Source: Tubiluchus corallicola
Taxonomy: Eukaryota > Animalia > Priapulida
Direction of reading: 5' to 3'
DNA: 64,000 nucleotides
Assembly: GCA_030141605.1 (NCBI GenBank)
Contig: JAQGDQ010000091.1
Location: 606,139-670,138 of the forward strand
Each line of letters opens with the position of its first letter. The stretch's first letter is position 1. The notes beneath the pieces are model-generated. The model was not told the DNA's origin, did not search any database, and was given only the letters and a program-made list of their open reading frames with translations. Positions 1 through 12,775 of this stretch are shown piece by piece. The translations under genes were made by a program, and so were the position numbers.

Positions 1-100
1 AGCGCTCAATACGTGGCAGCAAAGCAATAAAATAATCAACCAGCCTTCACCACAGAAAAAAAGTAATGTATTAATAATGTTTTAAAGAAAAAAATAGACA

Positions 101-1080
101 TTAATCCTCTGGGTTACGGTACCTGGAATTCTTTCAAAGGAAAAACCGAACAACATTCATTCATTGTATTTAAATATACAGTTAAAAATATTGAAATTAC
201 TACATAACATACACGCATAAAATGTCTTGCTTAAAAATACAAAAGAAATTTAAATCATTGGTATCTCCCGCCAAACGAACCTCGGTGCGGACATATTTGA
301 AAAAAAATTGGGACTATGACACGCGTAACAAAGTATTTGCACTTCGCTCAGAAGTTCCGCTATTTTAGCTGACTGAATCTTTGTGGTTAACTGTGTTTAT
401 ATAAAAATTAGTTGGCGGATCAATTTCCAATAATTTAGTGCTCACATAGCTTTAATCCACAGGGTTATACCTCAAAATACGTAAGTGCTAGTACCAAACA
501 GATAGGCATGGAATTCTACGAGGTTGCGAGCATACAGAAAGTGCGGGGCGGTGTACTTAGCTTATAAAGTTTAATTTTGGCTTCTTAAAATAATTGTTCT
601 GTTACTTTGTCGTCGTTAATAGGAGTTGGACTATTATTATTATCGACAATAACTAAGCTCACATTCCCGAGAGACTTGGCTTTTGCTAGTTACCTAAAGA
701 TAAAGGGTACGATGGACGGCCGTGCAGAAACGTTTGATGCAAATGAACTAAAGGCAAAAAATGAATGCTGGGGCTAAATACTCTTTAAAAAGGGAGAAAA
801 TGTACCAGTTGTTTCTGATGAAACACCTTCGTCCATTTTGAGAAGAAAATGCACTTAGAGCACTTACTGTAAATTTTAACAATAGTGACAAAAAATTGTT
901 TCCGGCATTTATTTTTTTTTTGGCGTGTCAAATTGAAACTTTTGTATCTTTAAAAAAAAGCTAAGGAAATAACCCAAAATAACCCAAAAGAGTCTGTAAC
1001 ATCAGTGTGGTAATTTTCAAGAGATTTTCATTTTACAATATCATGATCAAAACTTCGGCACATTTTGTGCGCCACATACG
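101..1080 (+). mobile_element. Degraded non-autonomous DNA transposon, copy 1 (TTAA-start, piggyBac-like?)
   Basis: Shares colinear blocks with 20733-21190: ttaatcctctg...ctggaa, gcaaatgaactaaa, aaatac...ggagaaa, acttac..aaattttaacaa, caatatcatgatcaaaactt(c)ggcacatttt. Right terminus not found. Confidence 0.5.
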
Positions 1081-2689
1081 ATCTTGTTACACTCGTTTTT
1101 AATTTGCTCGATTTATTGACACTCTAGAAATTTTCTACTGTATCACTAGTGATCGATTTTTATTTACTTAGCAACCGTTTTAAAACAGATGAAGCCAATT
1201 GTGCACAGCAAAAACGACACTGGTAACAATGGCACAGGTGATAGTGGCACATAAACACGTCACATGAAGAAGAGAAACAAACGAAAAAAATGTGAAAAAA
1301 TGGCGCATTTACCGTGGCATTACTATTTGTATTTGAAGCAAAAAATGCGAGAAATGCTACGCACGTGCAAAGCGATCTTTTTGAAAACTTGTCAAATACA
1401 GCACAAGGCAAGATACAATAACTCTAGCTATATGTATGTTTTACTAATGCTATAGTAAGACTATAAGTTGATATTGTTAGTTATTACAGTTGCAATAACG
1501 TATTTCCCGAAATGAACGAACTTAAGAAAAGAAGCAAGGCGGCAAAACAAGACAGTTTCTGTCATTTTGTCTGAACATGTTTCCTTGACTTAATCAGTCC
1601 AAAAATGGTTTCTGAAAACTATTAGTTTTATGGATAGTCACTAGTCAGCTATTAAAAATGATAATTTTTCTCTTTATTCAGTTTATAGGCATGCGGAAGC
1701 ATCACTAAAAAGTGTTCTATAGACGCTATTAAAGAGGCTAATATGGAAATGGATATCTTTAAGTTCCACGACTTTAAGCAATCGCTCTATGAATATTTGC
1801 TGTTACTATAGTTACGCGCAGAGCAATATTTTGTAAATCAGAACTATTAATACTGTTACCAGTTTTCCACGCTAGACGTCGCACTCGTGTCAATTTGCAC
1901 TGCATTCTTCAGTGTGCATTATATAGATATCAAGCCCCAAACATATAATCATGTAATATTGCACAGTAGTAGTTATTATAAAGGGAACACTGGAAAGAGT
2001 TACCATCCCAGTTTTTCCGAGCTTTCTGTGTAATCTTATTTTCATAAGCTCCTAAATTTTGTCACTGTTTTTAAATTATACATTCTCCTGCAGATGGCAT
2101 TACACAGTTGCAACTTAACTTAAAACTAGTCTGGCAACTTAACTTGTAAACTGCAGCTAACTTGCGAGTGGTGCCCGTTCACAAAATCCAGAGTTATATA
2201 TGAACCAGAATCCAAAAACCACACTTTGCTGATTACCAAATAACATGACAGAAAAGACGCCATCTAATAAACCTGATTATTTTTACGTAATTTTAATACG
2301 TAGTGGCCTATTAAATGTTATAATAATTCAGCGGCTGTCTCCCATTCATGCATGAACGAATTATGGTGACTGATTTTTATCATCTTATTGATTTTACAAA
2401 TTAGACAAGAACAAATGTTGGATATTCCAGAATAAAAAGTATCATTGTTAGTAAAAGTTAAATATGACTGTCAGCAGTGGTAAAAAGTCAGCTAGCGGAA
2501 TGTTTCTTTCTTTTAAAACGTTGCAATAGTGAACTGTCAAAAGCAGCTGAGTGCTCATTGTATAAATCGAATAGCATCTTGTCACATGACAGATTTAGCG
2601 CTCAGTCTTACATTATACAGTTAATCATTCTCAAAATTACGCTGGATAATTATTACAACAAAATCACAATTAATGAGCCGTAAAGCTTT

Positions 2690-3230
2690 GATGACTGGAT
2701 TTTTTCTTAATTTATTAGAATTGTCTTGAAGAAACTCTGGTAAAATTGCCTAAAACTTGTTCCATGGTTGCAATATAAAAACTTCCTTGGTATGTGACTG
2801 CTTCACTATTTTTAAAATGAAATGCACTTTACTATGTTAAAGTAGATGTCTGATTGCTTTGCAGATTGGTGGAAGTATCTAAAGTCATTGTACGTAGTTG
2901 CCTTAAAAATAGAATTTTATTTATTTCAGAAAAATTGAAAATATGCAGTAAAAATGCCTGAAGTGAAAAGGCGAAACATTCAGTTCATACTGCGTGTTAA
3001 TTGTTAACAATAACAAAATTTGTTAATAACAACAACATGTTAATCAGTTCTTCGTTAACGTATTTGTATATAAAATAAATGCAATAGATTTATGAGACAA
3101 TATTGTACTTGTGCTATCTGGTATCTTCATAAAAAGCGGTTTTTATACACTTACTAAATTGCTTACATAAAATAAAAACAGCAATGGTTCAAAAACGGAG
3201 ACCATGTGACTATGCTAGCAATATCCAGTT
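2690..3230 (-). mobile_element. Highly degraded LINE reverse-transcriptase/3' fragment
   Basis: Minus strand reads (with frameshift) ...SVFEPLLFLFYVSNL, resembling PQGSVLGPLLFLIYVNDL, and further 3' TYQGSFILQPWNK, resembling the LINE C-terminal Y.G..LWN motif. Confidence 0.35.
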
Positions 3231-6200
3231 TTTATTCTTCATTGTCTAAATGCTTACAGTTATTCAAGGGGAATCTTTTCTTTTTAAATTTATTTTTTTC
3301 TTGTATATATAACTATTTTTGGTAACTCATAGTCAGTATTACACTATAAGCTGCCATGGCAATATAGCCGGTATTACAACTGAGTATTCAGCTGAACAAC
3401 TACATTTCTTTCAGCAGCCTCGTTTTATCAAATTCTGTTCGGTAGTTCCTTGGGGATTTATACGTTGTTTGACATTTTGTTAGGATCTATTTATTATTAT
3501 TAATGTGTCCTGCTGCATGGTTGCATGGAAAGGCAGCACTTAACGACAGTAAACTCAAAGAGCGGAAATCCCAAGACTTCCAGTGTTTGCTATACAGCTG
3601 GTCATGGGAAAAACACTGGATAAGCAGCCACGAAGAAAATGAGCTGTTTTTGTCTTCGGTGCAGGTTTTCAAACAATTACGTATCTATATCTTTCTATGC
3701 ATTAATACCTAGTTATTTCCTCAGAGACTATTCTGCGCAACAAGTATTTTATATCTTCCTTTGAACCTGTGTTGTTAATCACCAACCAACTAAGCAAGAA
3801 AATGGTTATCATCTTCTAGTTTCTTTGTTTGGTAATTTGTAGAAAGCAATCATTCTCAATTTCACAGCTCAATAGAAAAATAGTAATAGTTGTTGGCATT
3901 CATTACTTTGGGAGTTGGCGCGCAAATTGTCCTGCCATTAAGTATTACTGTTGATTAAGTTCACATAACAGTTTTGTATAGGCCCTGTACACATCGTCGT
4001 CGTCATCGAATAAGTTAAGACTGGCCAAATTTGGTTCCACAGAAATGATAAAAAATCTTGATCCCACAAAGGTTGTTAATTGCAAATTGGTTGCTAAATA
4101 TTTTACGCCATTGTTTACTATCTTGCTACAGTTTGCGGTGTTATTAACGTTAAGTTGTAAAACTAACGAAAATGCCTAGTAAAGTCAATGAGTGCAAAAA
4201 GATTTAATAAATGCCTAGATTTGAGAGACGATATATCGTGGGATATAATGGAGTACAATGAGGTTACATTGTTTCTGAGCTTTGGCACTGATGATTTCAA
4301 GCAAATGTGTAACATTTTTGTTGGAGGATTGCAATATTTGGCAATTTTCACACTGTTTTGTGGAGCAAACAAGCATTGCGGTGCTGCTAAAACATTTGAA
4401 GAACATACGTTTTTAGAATTTATGATAGGCTAAATACTAGATCATTTTTGGAAAACTTTAGCAAAGCAACGTAGTAAATTTGACACTGCACTGCTTAGCA
4501 GAGTGTTACAGCATGCTAAGGAACCCAAGAAACTGCTTTCAGCCTTTCACACAACTTCACAGAAACGCTGCCAAAAATTAAACGATCGCATTTCAAAGAA
4601 TGTTTGTTCTAATAAACTGTGAGCAAAAAACTAATTCTTCTCAATCGCAGCGTTAGCATACTAGATATATTTGGATTGGCTGTAAATCGATTCCTAGCTC
4701 TTCGCCTGAAATGGCATTAGAAAACAAAAGTCTGTATTTTGTGTCTTCGCGTCGAAATTTTCTAGATGTTCAGGCAATCAATGCTGGGACTATCCGCCGA
4801 CGGATGATGTTTAAATTTCTCGTTCTTTCAAGCGTTTATTCATTCTCTCATTAATTCACTATGTTTGAATGACTTTATGATAGACTAATGATAGATAATC
4901 GGTGGCTTGGTTGTCCTGGTTCTATATTCAAGCAAGATAGAAAGGCATTAGAGATTAGAGATTAGGCATTAAAGAGAAGCAAACAACGAAACAAAAAAGA
5001 CCAAAAGCGAAGGAATGAGAGACTTAAGAAAATAAAAAAGAAATCGGCCAATGAAAAATGATGAGTGATATGGTATCAAAAATACTTAGTTGCGTAAAGT
5101 TTTTATATTTTCACTGGTGTAGTGAGCTTTTTAAAATTGTCACATTGAAATTTCTCACTTTTCAGCTAGAAGCTGCAACATGTTTTTTGCTTATCTTAAA
5201 CGGGCCAACTTGTTTCAAGCAGCGCTTTTGCTTTCTATGTGAAAAGTTTTGGGTACGATGCCGCAGAGCGTTTTACACTAAAAGTGAAGAAAATGCTACG
5301 CGCTGTTTTTCTGTTAACAGAAGAGCACAACAACATAATAATATACCGTTCACACTTTCACATTTTATCCAAATCGTAGATCACTGGATGGGCGAGAGAC
5401 TGGGAGTAATTTGGGGTAGCGCTGCACAGTTTCAACAAATATTTTCGCCCGAGTCGTTGCCTTTTTTAAACTGTTCAAAACTTGAAATTCAACGTTTTTA
5501 AAAGTAAATGTAATGTAGTCGTCCTAACATTCGTCACATAGGTAAATATAGATAATTGTTTTATCAGTTCGATTTAGTCAAAAGAGAACGTATCTCGTTC
5601 AGCAAACCTGTAACCGCTCTAACGGCTGCCATTCCTTTGAGAAATAAAAACAACCTTGTTTATTCTCAACATGGAGTACACACAAGGACTCTTACGTTCT
5701 TGTTATTGGTGCCTTTGTAATTAGTTTCGATGAGACACTTCTTAATTCTTGGCAATTTTTAAATAAAGAGCTGCCTGACCCGACTTGATCGGTCAGTGTT
5801 CAAAGTCACATACAGCTTTCATATACGAACGTTATGATCAAGTCATTCTATACGTATTATGTAGACATCATTTTTCGCCCTGCTTGCTGCGAAAATTGGT
5901 TTTTGATTGAGTATATCACACGAAAATTGCACAATTTGTGCGAAACGAAACGATAAATATGTATAAACATTTGTAAGGTTAAGATAATAATTTGCTTTTT
6001 ATCAAAATTTCAGCTAGAAAGTGTATATCTTTTTATACCGTTTGGCACAATGCAGTATTCTGTCAGTATCTAATTATACGCGCTGGCTGAGATCCAGCGC
6101 TCAACGTCAAGGCATGCTCAACGTGGATGACTATGGCAGAACCGGAATCTATTTCATTATCACGCATAATTCTTAACGTGAGACACTGGACCGGTAAAGA

Positions 6201-9200
6201 CGCTTCAGCAACATTCTGACGAAAAGGCCCTTTCCAACGCGGTAAACACACACTGGCCGCCATACAGTATGAGTATTGAACCCAGCGGTCAAATATCCAT
6301 TTATTTTCTGGTTCAGCATAAATCTGTATAAATCTGAGCCCCAGTAACTACTCGGCTAATAACAAGCCGTAATAGCAACCATTGAAAAATATACGATTAA
6401 GAAATTTAATAAAAAAGAAATTCATTAACCACTTTTATTTCAGAGTTGTGAAACGAATTATGTCGCTACATGGGTGGTGCTGGTGATTTTTTTTACGAAA
6501 TTCAAATTGAATGAAATGCACGTTTTGCCAGGTGCATTTCGTGAGTCATATATTCACCAATTCTATGTTTCGCTCCTCTTTAGCGCATTTAGCTAGTACA
6601 GTATTTTAGTCAAAATGGGCGAAAATGCCGAAAATGAGGTTTTTTGCTTCCACGCTGAAGCCCGATATTCGCAAAATCATCATCAACAATAAGCAGATGA
6701 ATATAGATAAATATTTCCTTTGATGTGCGAGTTTTCCAGATTGATGAAACTGTTCAAGCTTTAACTGAACAGCTCTGTATTAGGCCTACACAGAGCCACA
6801 TACCAGCAGAATTATTATACAGTATTATAGAAATTAATATATGACTTGAATTCGCATTAGTAGCTGAAATTAAAAATCTCGTCTCTATATGACATACTAA
6901 AAAGCATGATGATAGCTGGGACGTATTGAAGCCATAAAATAATTTTTGACATAGCACTACATTTTTCTTGCAATAAGATTTCATAATCCAACAAACACAG
7001 TCTACTTATTGTTTAATCTAATAAGTGTCACGAGACACTCTGTTATAAATTAACCATTTTGGCCTATTGACTGAAATCGCTTACGGTGTAATTCCGTACG
7101 CCACGTGGCAATCGAAGCGTACTGATTATTAAATTATGGCGCTAAAATTGGCATTGATTGGTCGAGAAAATCAGGGTGCTTCATCATGTAGCTTACACGC
7201 ATGAAGCAAGATCGTATAGCATGGTTAATTAAACGATGGCATGAGATCGATCAAGTTTTATTGTAACAAATTTTCGCTGTATATGCGAGGCACGATAATT
7301 ACATGCTGTATAGCAGTTTAAGCGTCGCATATTTGCGTAAAATTAATGTCTGCGTAAACAGGGAAATTATTGCTATTCAGATTTAATTTCTTCGCATCCT
7401 CAGGCGTGACTTAAGATACAGAAATAGCTAATGCTAGTATACGCGGCCTTTCTGACATTACCCAAAAATCATTGAAACCCGTTACAGTCAGTTTTTGAAA
7501 TCATATCTTATTCTTGATATTTCTAAAGCTGAATAATTTTTACTCGGGCCTTTTATCTGTGTTCTTCTTTATCAGAAATTAATTTTACTGTTAATCACAA
7601 ACTCACCTGCTTCAACGCAAATTTTGAAAATTCTATTTTTCTGAACATGTACTCATATTTTCGCTTCCCCATTGCAGCTCGGTATCTCGGGTGGCCACTT
7701 TTCCTGTTTGCAGTGACTGGTATAAAAAACTGCAGGAAGGCAATCCATAACATATTACAGAGCTTTGTCTCATCGCTTATCACGCATATGAGGACCAGCC
7801 TTAATTGTATCTTGTGTAAAGATTGCATTTTCTTAGCGAGGAACTAAGATTTATAGGTAGCTTTATTCATTTAATTTACGCTCAGTGCATGTGGCTCCAA
7901 AAATGGACAAAGTATGGAGACTTTTAGATTAAAACTGAAAAAAGTTAAAAATGCACAGTCAGTGTTTGGTCTATTTTTAAAAATCTTTAGTCTGAAAGTT
8001 TGATGATGCATTTAGTCTGAAAGTTTGAGGCGCCATTCATGATACAATGAACTGTGAGTGACTCTGGAGCAAAACTTCCTGTGGCTGCTTCAGGTATCCT
8101 ACGCATTTTTCGCTTCTTCAAATTGAAAAGCGGATTAATGCGTTGATGTGAAAGTTGTCACTAAATAAATAATATGCACTAAGGACGAAAAGTACTTCAA
8201 ACTGGAAAAAGTGCTTTCAGCCTTTTACGATATTTCACACAGAGCCTTAAATACCAGTAGCTATTCCCATTAATTAAATCTGATAAGGCAGAGAAGACTG
8301 TCAAAACCAATGTACACGATGCCATTATTGCAACGTGACGGCTTCTGGCAAGAGCAGCCAGAAGAACTATTCGTTTTTCACAACTTTCAGGTTATGCTGA
8401 TTATTAACCTGAAGGAAGCCCAGCTAAAAATCTCCACGGAAATTCTTGTATTGCTGCCCTGAAATTCATCTCGTGACATGATCAGTTTTGTAAACGACTT
8501 TTGCTCGTCATGTAAGGTTCAGACACTTTTCTGTCTTCCTTTTATCCACAAAATAGGTAATTATTTTTCTTGCATTATCGAGTTGTTTTGTAAAATGCCA
8601 GTAATGCAATATAATGAAAGTGTTTAGCGCTATTTTTCAAGACGATTATTTGTTCGATGTTCGAAATGCCCTGAAAGATTAGCTTCCTACATTTGTAATC
8701 CTTGCATTATCGATTTGAAACTAACCTATAAATTTTTTTATCGGTTTATCCACTTAAATTTTGACGATTTTTTTACTCTGGCGTCATGTCCAGGATCAAT
8801 AAGAAGGCATATTTCTCCAACTTTTTACTAGGTTTTCAAGATTAATTTTTTTTAAATTGTCATTTGTTAATCGCGTTGTTCCTATTTTGAATGTTCTACT
8901 TGCTGTTCAAAATTTTTAAAATTTGCATTCTGTCACACAAACTTTCTTAATTAGTTTATCAGCCGTTCCCACTCACTAATTTATCTTTGTGTCCTCCACA
9001 AGCGCCCTCGGTATGATGGATTTTTCCCCATCTATATGTAATTGAATGAATTTAGCGTAACTTGTATTTACTATTTGTTATAGTGATAATATTAATATAA
9101 GCAAATTTACACAAAGGGCTACAAAACATTTTACTGGAGTGAAATTGTCCAAAAAAACTTTGACTTTGTTGATTTTATTTACCATAATTCCTGAAAATGA

Positions 9201-10829
9201 CTTCCTAAAGTGACCCAATTGTTTCCAAAACCAATAAATTGGAAGCTCGCTGAGAAGCAGTATCACGCCGAATAACTAAAGTAGTACAATTGCAAAGTTT
9301 AGGCTGAGCAGTGAGACAATACTAAATAACTTATAACTTTATCAGACCACGGCGGAAAAATTACACAGTATAGAAATATACTATGCCTGTTTTGGGCTCT
9401 ATATTTTAGCCAAAATTATTTCTGTAGCAGAGCAGTCAAGTATACGCAAGGTAGCTGAAAGAACTATTAGCTGGTGTGTATTTTAAAATGTCTATATTTC
9501 AGTATTTTTCTTTGGCTGTAACTTAAACTAGTTGCTGAATATTCGATTGCAAGTTACTGTGAAATACGTAATGATCGGTAAATCAGGGCTTATGATAATG
9601 TTGCTAACCATGATTAAATCCAAAACGTATTCACAAGCAGAACTTTTGGCAACGCAATGTTAAAAACTGAAACACTATGTGGAAAAACGCGCATTTTTGG
9701 CATTTCTTGTTTCTCGCACACTGCGCCTCAGTACCCAATTCTCAATGCAATAAACCACAACTAACTCAGCACACGCGACGAAGAACACCAGAATTGCACT
9801 TTTGCTCGCGAACTATGTATCAAGTTTACGCAATACAGAACGCATGAATACGCAGAATGGGATTCAGAAATCTATGATAGTCACTGAGGAAATGAGCTTT
9901 TCTATTAAGCATTGAAAGGATTCCGAAAACCGAATGTTCATGTGTAAACTGACGGTTTTGCAGTTTCACGTCCCCGTGCTATGCATAATCAAGGCGTCTT
10001 GCATGATTAGAGCCAAGCTTATAGAAATTCTTCCCATTCCAATCAAGTAAATATACTGCCTTCCACGGAGTTTATTTGCCTTAGCCAAGTGCCTCATCAC
10101 ATACATGGCGGCGGATTTCAATGCGTACAGCTGTTAGCAAAATTTGATTGCAGTAAAGCGGAAACTTGTTGATCAAAGTTTTTGAAGTTCGGTATCTTTT
10201 TTGACACTGTGCTTTCTCATTTTGAACAGATTTTAATAGGGAGGTCTAAAATAATGTTTTTATTCCTTTAAGTTGTATGAATATCCGCAGCATTTTAATC
10301 ATGGTACACATATAGATTCACAGCCATTTAATTGCAGCATATTAGTGGTCCTTAATTGTTTTAATTTTAAAGAGGAATAGGAGCCAGCTTTAAACTATAG
10401 CTCAAAATAATCTAATGTATAAAATACTGAAGAAGAACATATTGTTTTGTAAGAGTGACGTACGTGAAAGAATTATTACTATGGAAGTTAGTCTGTTACA
10501 TGTATTTCGGCATTCGCTATCTAGTGTCTACATCTTGGAAGCGCCCTGCACGAAAAAACAGATGATGTATCTCTCAATTCGTTTCTGACGTGGTGAAATC
10601 GCATGGTGACACAGCGGTAAACTTAAACTTAAAATTTAAATTTAAACGTAAATTTGCCCAGTTTTTGTCTATCACAGTCAATATGTACAGTGGGCTGTAT
10701 TTCAATTTTCGCTTATACAAACACGTACAACACGGTCGTGGAACGTTTGTGCCGAGGATATTAGCCTTTCGCACTGGAAGAAGTACAAAAAGTCATTGCA
10801 GCACAAAAACCTAGCAAAAGTGTCTAATG

Positions 10830-12775
10830 GCGTCCAGACGTCTCTTTTCCAATATTTGAGCATGGATTGATAATGCTATTAGCTCATCTGTTAAATTCGG
10901 TGCTAATGAATAGTGATTTTCCTTTAGCATGGTGCATGATTAAGTTTGTTGTTCTCGTTAAAAAAGGTTGTGCAGTTGTATGCGAAAATTATGGAGGTAT
11001 CAGTATAATTCAAGGATGTTTTAAACTGTATGACTCTTTAATAAATGAGCGGTTAAAGTTATGAATAAATCCTGAATCCGAACAAGCAGGTGGCCATTCA
11101 GGAAGGGATTGCGTTGAACAAATCCCAACCTTGCGACTTTTAATTGATGCTGCGCTTAAGAAGAAACGTAAACTACTTATTTTGTTGGTGTATTTCGAAA
11201 GGGCCTTTGATCGTGTTGATCGTCGGACGTTATTACAAGTGTTGAAACGACACGGATGTGGGCGTGTTATGTTACGCGCCAGTGCTCGTATTTACAACAC
11301 TACGAAAAGTGTCCTAGGGAATATATTTTTAGTACAATTGCGGCGTAAAACAATAATCACCGAGCACCAAGCTTATTTTCCTGTTTGTATGTGTATCCGT
11401 TAGACAGATTTATAAAATCTCTTGATGCTGATAACTCGTTGCAAGATCTCCATAGCTTATTACTAGTGGATGACTCCGCTATTTTTGTTAGTCACAATGA
11501 GATTTTTATACAAAAAAATCAGATGTCTAACACGATTCTGCTTTGACTGTGGAATGAACATGAACCTTTTAAAACGAGATTCATTGTCATAGGTGAAAGC
11601 GAGGATGACAGACACTCAATAACTATACGTGATTATGTGATAGAAAATACAACTGCGTGTACGTACTTAGGTGTAGCAACAACGGAGGATGCGAGAATGA
11701 AGTCAATTGCTTCCAAGCACATTGAAAATAAGAATGTTGTCATTCTTAAATTTCATGCTTTTGTACATAAGAACAGTGACAGTCGTATTGTATTAAGAAA
11801 AAAGTATTAGATAAGCTTCTTATAGCTGATGTGTTTTACAGTTCAGATAGTTGGAACACCAATCTGCAAAGTATTTTGCCCAACACAACTTATATGGAAC
11901 TCCTTAAGTCATTATTTTTAGTCAGACGTTCATCGTGCAATGATTTTGTGTTTCTTGAGACTGGATATCCGTCTTTCACTACGCGAATATGAGTGAAACG
12001 TGGGTGAAATGTAGACAAATGAAAATGTGTCCAAAAAGACTAGCCAATCCAGAAAATCATTAGCCGTCATCACTTCAAGCATATGAGATAGCAAAACCCT
12101 GCAACAGTGATTTGTATAAATGTTTGAATGGACTGTCTAGAATCAGTGTAAGTGAGTACTATAAGCCCGCAACAATCTCTGTTGGCAGATACAGTAAGAA
12201 ACAGTAACTCAACTAAACGAGAGACATATAAAGAGTTCAACTCATGCTTAATAGCACCCGTTATTCCGGATTCAGTACATCAGATGTACTGTACTGCCTA
12301 TACGCGATTGAGACACCAGGCGCACTATTTAAAAGTTGAAACTGATAGATAGCGTAACGTAGATAGAAGACTGAGAAGTCCAAACTGAAAAGCACGTTTT
12401 GATAGACTGTCATTTAACAGCTGAAACTAGAAGAATATTTAGCAATGTCGAAATTACATGCTAAACGCCAATTATGAATAGAATTTTTGTATTTGGGATC
12501 TGTTTTAACATTTTAAAAACTTATAAAATACACTAAATTTTGCAAGTAGTATAATGAAGTGTTATAGTTCTATGAATTTAGCCATTATCATTTTTCTACT
12601 GATACTAAATGAAAATTTGTTATTGTGAACTTTTTTAACATTTCCCCTCTACAATGTGTTGTTTTCTGAAAAGTAGAAAATTTTGGGCGATGAAATGTTT
12701 CAATTCTGCTGTCCCTGCCAAAGAATGTAAATATTAACTTGATGGTAATAGACTACTACTACTACTACTTACTAC
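10830..12775 (+). mobile_element. Degraded 5'-truncated non-LTR retrotransposon (RTE-X/Proto2-like RT) with (CTA)n tail
   Basis: RT motifs across stops/frameshifts: KKG...ENYGGISI (NYRGIS), EQAG...CVEQIPTLRLLID, YFERAFDRV (DFEKAFD), GVKQ*SP, LLVDDSAIF (xxDD), YLGV; C-terminal TRLRHQAHYLKVETDR and HVLIDC; ends in gactactactactac at ~12752-12768. Clade assignment tentative. Confidence 0.85.

Noticed and set aside
463-480. 18 nt AG...gtaagt micro-exon-like segment
   Set aside because: Weak pyrimidine tract and located within a putative transposon relic.
5058-5501. 147 aa ORF, the longest non-microsatellite ORF in the track
   Set aside because: No recognisable domain; F/L/C-rich composition typical of random AT-rich frames; no clear splice boundaries.
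7655-7715. Alternative minus-strand frame CKQEKWPPEIPSC resembling a Sushi/CCP domain end
   Set aside because: Frame hits a stop before the donor and the rest of the domain is absent; likely coincidence.
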